Part shown: positions 29,030 to 42,455 of the stretch, piece by piece | Layout: the number at the start of each line of letters is the position of its first letter | Numbering within the stretch: position 1 is the stretch's first letter | Assembly (NCBI GenBank): GCA_964016885.1 | Contig: OZ024743.1 | Span: 116,002,001 to 116,066,000 of the forward strand | Direction of reading: 5' to 3' | Origin: Eledone cirrhosa | Taxonomy: Eukaryota | DNA: 64,000 nucleotides | Notes under the pieces: model-generated | Databases searched by the model: none | The model's input: the letters and a program-made list of their open reading frames with translations, nothing else | What the model was told of the DNA's origin: nothing | Program-made: the position numbers and the translations under genes

Positions 29030-29932
29030 GCAACGAATAATGGTGTGGAAGGGATAACGAAAGTCAGATCTGAAAGTATGGGCTATAAATGACATAAATA
29101 AGAGGAAGTCTAGGGGAAAAGAAATTACCATTGAGGCTGCGGAAGAAATAGTGAGGGAAGGAGAGAGGGCGATAGCCTCTATGCTTGGGGCGGGGCAGAG
29201 CTTCGGCTGCCATAAGCGAAAAAAGCTGCAAAGGCATTTCCGCGGACTATGGCCCGCGACATCCGGTGCAACAGTCACCCCACTTCACGGGGTTCCTTCC
29301 ACAAACGGGCTGCAGACTATCCGATTTTACTGAAGAGCTCAGCATAACGGGGTTCGAGTACGCTTGAGGTCTCGATGGTGACCGGTACGAAGAGTAAGCG
29401 GCCGATCAAGCCCCGGTATTTTCTTGTCTTCCTGTCCTTTTCAATGTGGGCCGCGGAACCGGGGTATTGTGGGGAGAATGACAAAGTTGCGAGCGGAGAA
29501 CGTGTCACAGCATGGAACCTCCCATAGGAGGGATTTTCCTCCTTCAAATGAGAAGTGGCTAATTTCGTCCGGGCGCTTGCCGCCTCTAAGGTCGAGGCCT
29601 GCTGGTTCCAGTTGTGATGACAAGCAAGCTGCAGTAAGGTTCCTTGTCAACATGGCGTTGATAGCGGCATGTCGGGGGAACTGGCCTGCACTCAGACGGC
29701 AAGATAGTGGGTGCATCCTAAACTAGTCAACGACACCCCTGCAGCAGCATTGTGTTACTCACACACGCGGAGGCTGGGGCGTTGTGTCACTCCGAATTGT
29801 GTGCTGTCACCATCAAGAAGCCTACGGGTTGATGAGGAGGGCACCGAATTGCACCACGCATGCTGTTTTATTGCGAAACGGAGCAGAGGCAGCCGGTGTG
29901 TCGTTGGTCCAAACCAGATTCAATCCACCTGA
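29030..29932 (-). mobile_element. CRE-clade non-LTR retrotransposon, 3' end (zinc knuckle plus restriction-like endonuclease)
   Basis: HPLSCRLSAGQFPRHAAINAML...LEPAGLDLRGGKRPD...GKSLLWEVPCCDT; GSAAHIEKDRKTRKY...FVPVTIET; RMSRAIVRGNA. Confidence 0.8.
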
Positions 29933-30248
29933 AGGAAAACATCTCACAAACTATAGATGTACGTAGCCTAAAACATAATATATACTGAAGTTTTCTAAAT
30001 ATTTCATAATTAATATACATTTTTCTATTATTTTCTGTATTACTTTCTGTATTAAAATTTTCTAAATAGATTTTTAACATCATGTTATGCAATATTTGCA
30101 ATACTTATATAACTTTCAACACATTTTACTCTAAGGAAAATGGATATTACGACAAATGAAAATGGCCGCCTCACGAATATATCTGAGCAGAGTACAGACC
30201 GCGGGAAGAAGGCCGGAAGGCCGCTAGTGTATATATATATATATATGC

Positions 30249-30373
<125 letters not shown>

Positions 30374-30417
30374 CATATATATATATATACACATATATAT
30401 ACACACACACACATATA

Positions 30418-30499
<82 letters not shown>

Positions 30500-30574
30500 T
30501 ATACATATATATACACACACACACACGTACAAATATATATATATATATAAATATATATATACATATATATATAT

Positions 30575-30673
<99 letters not shown>

Positions 30674-30861
30674 TATACATATATGTGTGTGTGTGTTTGT
30701 GTGCGCGGTAGTATAAGTGCTTCCAACGTTCAATTATTAACTGAATGAGGAGAAAATTCTGGGGGAACAAATTGTAGAAATCTATTTTCGAAGCATATTA
30801 GTGCCATGGACTCGAAGGTACGTTACCTCTGTCTGTCACTGCATATGTGTGTGTGTATGTG

Positions 30862-30899
<38 letters not shown>

Positions 30900-30995
30900 G
30901 GTGTGTGTGTGTGTGTGTGTGTGTTTGTGTGTGCGTGCGATGTGTATAGTGTTCCGTTACAGTTCTTGAGTAATAAACCCACATTATGTGGTGAT

Positions 30996-31183
30996 GGCGG
31001 TGGATTGGCAGTATCGGTAGAGGGTCGGACGCCATGCTTTCCAGCATAGTTACGTCCCTTTACGATCTGAGTTCAAATCCCGCCGAGGTTGACTTTGACT
31101 TTCATCCTTACGTGGTCGATAAAATAATGTACCAGTAATGCACTGGGTAATTGCTGGCATTTTGCCTAAAGTAGAAACAATTA
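30996..31183 (+). mobile_element. tRNA-derived SINE (family 1)
   Basis: GGCGGTGGATTGGCAGTATCGGTAG...GAGTTCAAATCCCGCCGAGG...GTAGAAACAATTA, a close match to 880-1058. Confidence 0.8.
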
Positions 31184-31728
31184 TGTGGTGATATTTTTCT
31201 ACTAACTGTTATATTATATCCAATGTTGTTTCTCTCTATATCAAATATACAGTGATGTAGATTTACTAATATGCTAGTAGAGATACAAAATCAGTATGCT
31301 ATATTTACCCAGATAATGTTAACTGACAGGATTCAAAGTAGTTATTGTTAATAGGGCTAGTCAAGAATTCTAATAATATATCAAATATATCAACATGACT
31401 TGTTGAACTGAAAGAAATAAAAGTTATTCTAAACCTGTGAATTTACGGAAATACATTTGTATGATTGTATATATACATGCATTACTGTTTGTATGTGAGT
31501 CATTGAATGCACGCACACTCACACTCGCATACACACACATATCCACACACACACAGCTATATATAAACAATATAAACAGTCGTATATTTTAAGTGCGTTG
31601 AGCGAATTATGACATTTTGAATATATGTTTGCTTAAAGTTAACTGGTTCCACCTAGGTAATTTGAGCAAATATACATTCGCTGTATATAAGGAGAGAGAT
31701 GGCTAGCTAGATATATAGATATATAGCA

Positions 31729-31900
<172 letters not shown>

Positions 31901-32229
31901 CTGGACACATGAGCAGAAGGACGTGTGTTCTTTCCTGCCGGCAGCATATTACTAAATCGGATTTCATCTGAGGAGAACGTTCAAATAACTACAAATTCAT
32001 GAAAGACTTCTCGATTGCATGGAGAACCGTGGACAAGTTATAATGATAAAACGATTTATCTAACATCATCATTTTTATTTTTGTTATTTTTAAAAAAAAT
32101 CTCTATCGTAACTAAAAACTACGAATGTTGACATATTTCTGCTGCGTGCACCTATTTTTACCAAAACACTCTCAACGGAATATATATATGTAGATATATA
32201 GCTAGATAGATATATAGCCCGCGCGTGCG

Positions 32230-33420
32230 TCTGCGTGCTGGACATCCGTGACTGAAGTAATCCCCTTTGCAGCGATCATTTGTAAGCTGGGGCTTCTATA
32301 CGATAGGTGAGCGAGAGTGGGGTTCGTCTAAGACACATCTGTAAGACATGATGTCTGTCCGCATGATCTGCAGCCTCATCTCCGAACTTGATTCCCCCTC
32401 CAAGCTAGACAGAGATAAATACCTCTCTCTGGTTATCTTTGACTGACAGGCAAGCTATTTTGTCTGCTTGTCGTCAGAAGATCTTGCCCTCCGTGATGGT
32501 CCGAATGACTGAGAAGAACAGTTCTCGAGCATTGCAGGGCAAGTTGACGCCGAGGAGACAGTTGGCGAGTGCTGTTAGTGATTGCAGCCATCGGGCTCCT
32601 GTCTCTGATCGCGAGGCAAGATGAGGTTTCTGGGGTGACTGGGGTGCACCCGTCCACTTTGCCACTGTTGGTGCCTGGGGAGGATATCAGGGCAACTACT
32701 GCGTGCTCACTAGGCGCAGCCGGGAATCGTTGGTGGCCGGTGCTGGAACGTCCCAGATGTCGGCTGAGGGTCCGGATATTTATAGCAATTCGCTGCTAAA
32801 ACATCTGCTGTGGGTCGGAGTACAGTGTCACTCTAGGCCAGCACACGTACCGTCGCATAAACGTCACCCTCAATTAGTTTGTGGTTGATTCTGTCCAGGA
32901 GACGTTTCGTGGTATCAGAAGTTGGCGGCGGGTGATGTGTCGTCACTGGTGAGTAGCGGGAGAGGGCTGAGAGGCTAGCAGGGAAAGGATCGCAGAAAGA
33001 AACGATATCGCCCTTCAGCCTCTAAGGCAGGGTGGTGCCCGATCTCTCTCCGAGCAACGGAATCCTGAGTGCGAAGGTAGCAAAATTGAACGGTTTTGTC
33101 CAGTCATGCGGTTCTCCGGAATCAAGCACTCGGACGATGGACGTCACTAGTGCGTCGGCCGCGTGTGCGCCGGCAGCTTCCGGGATGTTATTGATGACTC
33201 TTCATGACTGCCTGAGGCGGGGCGATAGCCACGAGATTATCGTCCAAGTAGATTAGGTTACGGTCCCTGTTCTGCAGGGCAGTGCCACTGCTGCAGGGAT
33301 TCCGTGTCCTGCCGGGTGAGTTTGACGGAAGAGAGGTGGAAGAAACTGTTACAGTTGAAGAAGTTCCATCTTTTCTTGCTCCTGTTGCGCGTGGCTGACG
33401 AGTGGCACTGATCAACCTTC
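32230..33420 (-). mobile_element. CRE-clade non-LTR retrotransposon, 5'/RT-proximal part (decayed)
   Basis: RINHKLIEGDVYATVRVLA.SDTVL...KYPDP; SGKVDG; ETGARWLQSLTALANCLLGVNLPCNARELFF; LGGGIKFGDEAADHA. Same strand and correct order relative to 29030-29932. Confidence 0.7.
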
Positions 33421-35715
33421 CGTGGGATGGAAGGCTATGGAGAGGCGGACATTTAATTCAGGTGTGTTGGAGGTGGAGGCGGATAATTGAAAATGGCGAG
33501 AGTGTGGGGTGGTTGGTAGGTTTGTAGGGGCATGTGTTGAGGGAGAAGTAGTAAGTGAGTGATGTGGGATGAATGGGAGGATTGGAGTGTGTGAGGGGGT
33601 AGAGGGGGATAACAATGTGTATGTGGGTAAGACATGCTCATATACTAGTTGAATTCGAAAACCGGGAGAGAAGGCACTTAACGCGTATATCAACATCATT
33701 TCTTATATCTGTTCTTCCCTATAAATCTCGTAGAGAAAACGTTCTTTGCAATTTGAATGTATACCTGTACAGAAATCGGTTAAAAAGGAATCATTATTAA
33801 TTATTTCACAAATTCTGATTAATGGCCCGGCAAGGAACATAATTAACAGCTTGGCTTCAATATTCATTGAGATATGCTTCCATGAATTTGCAGATGCGGC
33901 AAGTTTTCCTCTAAAATATTTGCTGATCTCATTTAACAAACTTGCATTCACGCACACACGCACGTGTACACACACAATTAACAAAAACAGCAACATCATC
34001 AAAAGTTCAAAAGCTCATCGTTATATAGTAGCAATAACAATAACCCTAGAACAAGAAAAGCAAAGTTAAAAAACGGAACAAAGATCAACAAAAATAATAA
34101 AATGACATACAAAACGGATCGGCGTACAATAACAATAAGAAATAAGACAGAAAGAGGGAAAAAAAACGGAACAGCGTAGAACCACTTACACACTAAACGA
34201 CGTTTGAGCGAATATCTATAGATACATAACACTATAAGCACAACATAAAATTGCAATAGTGGCTTCTCTTAAAAGATAAATGCATTGCATTTGATCTTGG
34301 GACTGCTCAATAATTACTTTATTCGAGATAAAACAATTACAGGCATCTTTATCAAACTACCCCCAAGAGACAAAACATCATGACTGTCAACATCTACTAC
34401 TAATACTACATCTCCAATTACTGATGAAGCAGTGAGATATTCTTGTTAATATACTTCAAGAAACGAACTATTGTTGCCATCCTTTTTGCTACCACTACCT
34501 CTTCAACCAACGATGAAACAGTCCATTCCACAAAGAATTCAACAACTATTGTCAAACTGCTTTGTAACGATATTTTCAATGGACGCATACAATGTTGGAA
34601 TAATTCAACCATTGAACTGTCGAACTATTTGATCTGGAAAGCACAGCACAGCAAAGGGAATTCAAAGAGAATTTAAAGTTTCACTCCCATTTTTTTTTCA
34701 ACGACAGACTTACAGATTTCCAGGATTCAAAGACTCATTTTTATTTATTTGTTTATTTATTCATTCACTCATTCATTTATACACCTCTTTACGTTCTGAG
34801 TTGAAATCCCACCGAGGTTGGCTTTGCCTTTCATCCTTACGGGCTCGATGGGATGGGGTACCAGTGACGTACTGGGGTCGATTTGTTCAACTTACTTCTA
34901 CCCCAGGACTGCCTAATTCAGAAACCATTATTTGCAACTTAAACTCTTAACACATAATACAGCATATAATATACACATATTAAATGCCTTCTCTTCCGGT
35001 TTTCAAATCCAACTTGTAATTGATATCTTATCTGTATATTTTACAGATTCATTCTGATGTCTATGTATTAGAGACAAATAACCTTTTAAATAATATTAAC
35101 AACTCCTTCATTGTAACCTTTAAATTATACGGGTTTTTTGGCTGCTATTTCAAGCGACACTATAAGCCCATAAGATTGACTTAATATATAGAGAGAGATT
35201 TGATCATTTAGTATGTCAAGAAAGACACGTGTTGGAAAACATGATAGCTTCGACAACGTAATGGTGTGTATACTTTATGATCAATACTCCTCTTTTTTCA
35301 AAGAATATTACCCTGATCATCCCTTACAGTATTGGTTGATCCCGATTTTTAAACCAAGACGGAGACGTTTATATGAGTGAGACTTTCTTATTTTAGTCTG
35401 TCTGAATTATACTCCCCTAAATAGTGTTTTTTTATGGGGGCATTATTTTAATATGTAAAATATGTATATTTATCCATTCATTGAAATGTATTTTTATATA
35501 TGTTTATATCCATTCATTGAGATGTTTAAGTATTAGAGACAACTAACATTTTAAATAATATCAATAACTCCTTCATTGTAGAGTTGATTTAGACTGGTTT
35601 TGGTTGCGATTTCCCGCCTCATTATACGGCTGTTGCATTGTCATAATATATGTAGAGAGATTTGTATATTTTAGTCTGTCTGACATATACACAGCTAACT
35701 AGAATTTTTGGGGGC

Positions 35716-35796
<81 letters not shown>

Positions 35797-35798
<2 letters not shown>

Positions 35799-36850
35799 CA
35801 GTAGAACACTAGAACCCTTGTGGGTTATATCCGTAGTAGTAGAGTACTCAGTTCATGGGACGAGTTAGGTAGAGATAGTTCCATAACAGTCAATTCACCA
35901 TTTCCGAGAATAATTGTTTCACCTTAGTCGGATCATCAACTCGGTTGAAATGAGATTGTACGGAAAGGAAAAACAATTGTACGAACACGCATGTGCAGAC
36001 GACGTCCCATCGCAAAGGGGAGGTAACCCAAGTTTAATCAGTAAAGGGAGTCAACTGTTGAAAATCAGAACAATGTTATTCAGTCTAGAATATAATAGAT
36101 TATTCATGTCAGTCAGTTTGGAGCTTTGTAATTACGTAATAGGTGTTTCCGAACTTGCGGACAGCGCGAGAAAAGCTCATTTTTCGAATTTAGACAAACA
36201 CTATTACAGCACCTTAGGATATTATTTCTGTTTTCAATGCACAGCCCACAAGACGGATTCCCATTTCCGTATGGCTTAGACTTAGTAATAACTTTCCATT
36301 GAATGGAGTAATCCACGCCTGCGTGCTTGAGGGATCATATGTGACTCGCGAGCTTCTTGGACGATCATTTAACCAGGTATCTGAATATCGACAGATGATT
36401 CAGGAAGCGTTCTTTAAAGCGGCCCTCCACCAACATAGCATTTGACCTCTTGTTCTTGATCTGGTCGGTTAGAAGTGACCACAGCTTCGTAAATAACAGT
36501 GGGTGTGTTACATTGTTGTTGAAGGGGACAATCTTCAAGCATTCGGCAAGAGCATTCTGGTGGAGTTCTGCATTTGGGGTTGTTGGTGATATGGGCCTTC
36601 ATATTCTTAGCACAGGAGTATCCTAGTTTCATATTATTTCTGTTAAAGATGGAGCGGTATCTATGACCTATGGGGAAGTTGTTTCTATCTAAGAGAGCTT
36701 TTACATACACTAGTTTTAACGTTGAGTGAGAAGCGGGGCACCAAATGTTTGTTTCTATTAACACGATTTCTTTTTCTATTGTTGTTGGCGTTAGTAGGGG
36801 TGTAAGCAATTGGTTGTGTGAAGCCGCTGTTAGCTAACGCCACTGTTACC
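35797..36850 (-). mobile_element. 5'-truncated PLE (Hydra-like) with 3' pLTR ending in (TA)n
   Basis: FPIGHRYRSIFNRNNMKLGYSCAKNMKAHI, linker CSCRMLEDCPLQQQC (CxCx5Cx5C), VIYEAVV...YVG, and YSIQWKVI...CGLC...LNSKNELFSRCP. A degenerate HHR (UUGAUGA core) lies at 35904-35944. Confidence 0.85.
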
Positions 36851-38224
36851 AGGCTGTTTCATTGATCAAACAACAGAAAGGCATGCCATCAGAACTAATG
36901 ATTTTCCAACACACACTCACACTCTTGCACACCCACATACACACACAGACACACACATATAGAATATATCGATAGATTTTACTTAAAACACCATTTAATA
37001 TACATATTAAATTGCATTCAATATATTTGTTAACAAGAAATGTGAGATCATCCAAATACGTTTTAATCTTTAGTTTAAATTTTACTGTTCACGTACTCAC
37101 TCGATATACACGTGTTACTACCAAAGATATAAGTATAAGTAAAAGATAGATTGATTTGCATATAAAAGGAAATCTTAACAGGTAATATGAGAGTAAATTG
37201 AAAGTGCCTTAACCCGGCTTTATTTCAATGCTATATTTGCTAAACAATGTGCCTGTAGATTTTAGCCAGAATTCATTCGTAAAAGATTTTCGAAAGTTCG
37301 CTGTGTACAATGACTATGAGTCCGTGTACAAACTCATTGTCTATAAATGGCACACATTTTCGGATGTTTATTAAGAAGAGTGTAGGCTAAAATATACAGA
37401 TTATGTTATACAGGATATCATTGAAAAAGCAGAGTTAACGGATTATCAACTCATTATCAAATTAGCTGTAATATCGACCAATCAGCTACTCTGATGTCAG
37501 TCCTTCAGTCGGAATAATTTCTATCTATCAACCAGACTAGTTAAAACATGCCCACGTGGATAATGATAGCGGGAATTCCGTAGCTAATAGAATTCAAACA
37601 TGGGATAAAATCTAATCCGGCTATTGGTACCTTTTTATCGTAGCGTTTTACATCTTTGTATAGTTTCCTACACTATAGTTATGGCTATATATATACAATA
37701 TAATGATAACCGTGATGGCGGAATAGTGGCTGTTTTGATATTCCACACACTGCGTTCGAAAATCGATTAAACGTATTTAGCATTTTTACAATCTACAGGG
37801 AAATACGTGTATTTGGCCTGTTTACATGTCTATATGCTAGAATTCTGTAAATTTATATTAATATTTACACAGTTTCGGTTTCTTCTTATCTAACCTATAT
37901 ATATGCACATGCTATTTAACGTATATATGAACGGCTTGACGCACAACTGAATACTTCTTGTGTAGCCTATGCAATTGTTAGAGCATTTACATTTAGAAAT
38001 TTTAATTTTGCACTACAGTTTACATATCACATTTAACATAAGTAAGTTATTCTTGGGTTTATATGCTTTAGGTTTGTTATTGATGATAAATTTAGGATTT
38101 GTGTGGTATAATATTAGTTAATTAATCCCAGCTGAAATACGTGCTTACTATATGTGAATGATATTCTAGAACAGATGTTCTATGAACGCATACACACACA
38201 TAAAAAAAATACTCACACACATAG

Positions 38225-38255
<31 letters not shown>

Positions 38256-39349
38256 CATATATATATACATACATATATACATATGTATGTACATATATAC
38301 GCACAAACAAACATACATACATACATACATACATACATACATACATACATACATACATACATACATACATACATACATACATACATACACATACATGTAT
38401 ACAAGGTGAAGTATTAGTATTTAGAACGTTGGCGAGAATGCTAAATGGTAGTCTATCAGGGTCTCTGTGTTCTCATCTCAAACTCCATAGAAGGGGTCAA
38501 CCTTGCGTTTCATCGCGCCAAGATTGATATTTAATGCACCTGTCAAGCACCAGGCGTTCATCTTCCTCTATATATCTTTCTCATGCCCTCTTTTCTCCCT
38601 TCTCTCTCCTTCTCTTTCTCTCTCTATCTCTTTCACTCTCTCTCTCCCTCTTTCTCTCTCTTTCTTTCTCTCTTTTTTTATCTGAAAGAAACCGATTGTG
38701 TTCCAACCTGCAGAAATATGATTTCCACCAAAATTAAATGCCCAAATCATACCGTATTTCTCTACAGTGTTCCCTCAATTTCATCAGTAGATAAGGGTCA
38801 AGAAGATGAAAGAACAGAAAACAAAATATTTCAGATTTACGGGATGAAATCACAGAGAATTTTTGAAAAATATTCTCGGTAATAATTTCTAAAGGCTACA
38901 AAATCATTTCTGGTAAAAGGGGAATTCTGTAGAAACATTGGTTTTCAAATTTATTTCGTCGGTGATCACACATATAGATTTTACAAACATTGTCCAGCGT
39001 CATGATTTTAATTTTAGATAAGTCTTTAATTAAAATATGTTTTAGAGAAAAAATATTATACATGGACCGCAAATGGTGTAGCTGAAACGAATACATTAGT
39101 TCGGCGACTGAGAATTAAATTCTTTACCCACACGAAATTGTCTCACCATGAATCGCATTAGTGTGTGCTCTGCTTTCTTTTAGATTAGTATCTTAACGGT
39201 ACTGGCTTAATTAAAGCATTGGGTTAGTGGAACAGTTTTCGGTCCTATCCGATGACTTGGTTTCAGTAATATATATATATATATATATATATAAAGTTTC
39301 TGAATTTGTTTAGCAAGATTATTTATCTAAAAACGTGTGTTGAAACCGA

Positions 39350-39960
39350 TATTGTTATACTTTGGGGTCATGTTGCCAATAAGAAACACACGGACCAGTT
39401 GCTTTCACTTTAATTTATTATAAATTTTACAAATTTTATAAATATAAACTTTATACATTTTATAAATTTCCGGTTGGTTGGTTGGTTGGTTCCACAACCG
39501 GATGGTTGTTCATATATTGTCAAAGTTATTTCGCCACACATTCTGTGACCTCTTCAGTGTCTGGGATTTCTTTCTTTGTTTTGTGCCTCTCCTTTGTTCT
39601 GTCCTACGCCATCATGTTTTTGTGTGTGTTGTGTGCTTATTTTGCGCATGTGTTACATCCGGGTGTCTGTGTGTGCTCTTATTTTTACACAGACACTCGG
39701 ATGTAACACATGCGCAAACTAAGCACACAACACACACAAAAACAAGATGGCGTAGGACAGAACAAAGGAGAATCCCCATTCATTGAGGAGGTCACAGAAT
39801 GTGTGACGAAATAACTTTGACAAAATATGAACAACCATCCAGCTGTGGAACCAACCAACCAACTGGAAATTTATAAAATGTATATTTATAAAATATATAA
39901 AGTGAAAGCTTCTGGTGCGTGTGTTTCTTATTGGCAACATGACCCTCCCAAAGTATAACA

Positions 39961-39963
<3 letters not shown>
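39350..39963. repeat. Fold-back of PLE pLTR-like sequence (~270-310-bp imperfect arms)
   Basis: 39350-39661 is inverted relative to 39698-39963. A third copy lies at 23610-23910 next to the Nematis-like PLE, and related termini occur at 20040-20280 and 45740-45985. Confidence 0.85.
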
Positions 39964-40002
<39 letters not shown>

Positions 40003-40067
40003 GTTATTCCGGGTTGAATCGGAGGTAACCACAGTAAGTAAGGTACTCAATACATTGCAGAGTATAA

Positions 40068-40198
40068 AAGTTTTAATATAGATGAGATTCTACAGGACTA
40101 GAACTGTTTCATTCTTTAAAAATCATCAGGAATCAGATTCCTGATGATTTCTAAAGAATGAACAGTTCTAGTGCTGTAGAATCTCATCTATATTAAAA

Positions 40199-40200
<2 letters not shown>
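40068..40200. repeat. Palindromic insertion carrying back-to-back hammerhead motifs
   Basis: The centre is at 40135. The minus HHR is at 40086-40134 and the plus HHR at 40136-40183 (GAAA reduced to GAA). Confidence 0.85.
40086..40134 (-). ncRNA. Type I hammerhead ribozyme motif (family C)
   Basis: GAUUC-CUGAUGA-U-UUUU-AA-AGAA-U-GAAACAG-UUCUAGUC-CUGUA|GAAUC. Stem II is weak. Confidence 0.65.
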
Positions 40201-40265
<65 letters not shown>

Positions 40266-40275
40266 TAATTAATAA

Positions 40276-40308
<33 letters not shown>

Positions 40309-40487
40309 TAAAATAACAGAGTAACGTTTAAGCAAAGAATCGGTGCTTTCACCTTAACGGGATCTTCTGAAACTACCAAAGTCAATCTGTGAACGCGGAA
40401 GTGAATATTTCAAAAAACATTGCAACCGGAGGAAGACAGGAAGACGATACTTTGGTTCGTCTTGGATTTTAGTCTTCAAATTTATTA

Positions 40488-40603
<116 letters not shown>

Positions 40604-40678
40604 CGAAGGAAATGTGGTAATGAACCAGGTGACCCATAACGCACCAAAGTACTCAATACTTAGGGTAGTAGAGTGGGT

Positions 40679-40775
40679 AATAGGAACGAGTAGGACCCCG
40701 ACGGCTGAGGTAATATTTTTGTCCAGAATTAGCCGTCGAAACGGCTTGGGCTCAGCCGTCGGGGTCCTACTCGTT

Positions 40776-40780
<5 letters not shown>
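40679..40780. repeat. Perfect ~30-bp inverted repeat containing the 3' half of an HHR-like motif
   Basis: ATAGGAACGAGTAGGACCCCGACGGCTGAG / CTCAGCCGTCGGGGTCCTACTCGTTCCTAT, with internal GAAACGGC...GCCGUC|GGGGUC. A related decayed copy lies at 20988-21096 (-). Confidence 0.8.
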
Positions 40781-40829
<49 letters not shown>

Positions 40830-40866
40830 AAAGAATAGAGGTGTAACACACAAGTTATTATATAGT

Positions 40867-41255
40867 GGTAAACGGAATAGAAAATGCTGACAAATTGTTC
40901 ACAGTTGAAAAATGGTTTAATTAGGAATAAAAGAGTATTAGTGATTGTATGGGTTAGTATTCAGTTGTGGATTTAAGTTTTTAAGTAGTTACCGGTTGCG
41001 CATTTCTAAATGCTTTTCAAAAATAATTTTGAGATAGAGTGACCGTGCTGTTTGCTCAGATCAGAGCAAACAACACGGACACTCTATCTCAAAATTATTT
41101 TTGAAAAGCATTTAGAAATGCGCAACCGGTAAAAACTTAAAAACTTAAAACCACAACTGAATACTAACCCATACAATCACTAATACTCTTTTATTCCTAA
41201 TTAAACCATTTTTCAACTGTGAACAATTTGTCAGCATTTTCTATTCCGTTTACCA
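40867..41255. repeat. Near-perfect spacerless palindrome (~195-bp arms)
   Basis: The centre is at 41060/41061. The arms differ by only a handful of substitutions or indels, and the right end joins (TA)n. Confidence 0.92.
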
Positions 41256-41654
41256 ATATATATATATATTCCTCAAAAACCAGTATGACTCTAAAAACCG
41301 GTTTGTCTGTGTGCTTACATACAGAATAGCTGGCCACTCACAGTAAAGTGACCAGTGAAAAAACTTGGTACATCTACATATGTATACGTGTGTGTATTCA
41401 TATACATACTAGTATTTCAGTATACATATATGGATGTACATCTTTAACTTAATTGTTTAAGCGTCAGTCATACAAAAGTGAGTTACAAACGAAACGAAAT
41501 TTAATTTCGTTTCGTTATTTGTTTTTATCGTCTCCGTTGAACCGGTGCTTACTCACACTCTATGCAAATTAGTCTGCCCACTACTAATTTTCATAGAAAA
41601 AGCATATAACGATATGTGCTTTTACGATTCTCTAGAAAGGCCGGAAGATAGGTA

Positions 41655-41699
41655 AATATTGCTGATGAGTTGTAACAACAACGAAACTAGTTCAATATT
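41655..41699 (+). ncRNA. Minimal type I hammerhead ribozyme (family A)
   Basis: AAUAUUG-CUGAUGA-GUUG-UAACAA-CAAC-GAAAC-UA-GUU|CAAUAUU. Perfect 7-bp stem I, 4-bp stem II and palindromic stem III ACUAGU. Confidence 0.85.
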
Positions 41700-42121
41700 C
41701 CTTGTCTGGCTTTCTGGAGAATAGAGGAAAGGTGTTTCCTCAAAAACCAGTATGACTCTAAAAACCGGTTTGTCTGTGTGTTTACATACAGAATAGCTGG
41801 CCACTCACAGTAAAGTGACCAGTGAAAAAACTTGGTACATCTACATATGTATACGTGTGTGTATTCATATACATACTAGTATTTCAGTATACATATATGG
41901 ATGTACATCTTTAACTTAATTGTTTAAGCGTCAGTCATACAAAAGTGAGTTACAAACGAAACGAAATTTAATTTCGTTTCGTTATTTGTTTTTATCGTCT
42001 CCGTTGAACCGGTGCTTACTCACACTCTATGCAAATTAGTCTGCCCACTACTAATTTTCATAGAAAAAGCATATAACGATATGTGCTTTTACGATTCTCT
42101 AGAAAGGCCGGAAGATAGGTA

Positions 42122-42166
42122 AATATTGCTGATGAGTTGTAACAACAACGAAACTAGTTCAATATT
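42122..42166 (+). ncRNA. Minimal type I hammerhead ribozyme (family A, second unit)
   Basis: Identical to 41655-41699 and 467 bp downstream. Confidence 0.85.
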
Positions 42167-42455
42167 CCTTGTCTGGCTTTTTGGAGAATAGAGGAAAGGT
42201 GTTTCCTCAAAAACCAGTATGACTCTAAGAACCGGTTTGTCTGTGTGTTTACATACAGAATAGCTGGCCACTCACAGTAAAGTGACCAGTGAAAAAACTT
42301 GGTACATCTACATATGTATACGTGTGTGTATTCATATACATACTAGTATTTCAGTATACATATATGGATGTACATCTTTAACTTAATTGTTTAAGCGTCA
42401 GGCATACAAAAGTGAGTTACAAACGAAACGAAATTTAATTTCGTTTCGTTATTTG

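Noticed and set aside
41108-41140. HHR-like TTGAAAA-GCATT-TAGA-AATGC-GCAACCGGT in the 40.9-41.3 kb palindrome
   Set aside because: Three core positions deviate in both arms, so it was not counted as a ribozyme.
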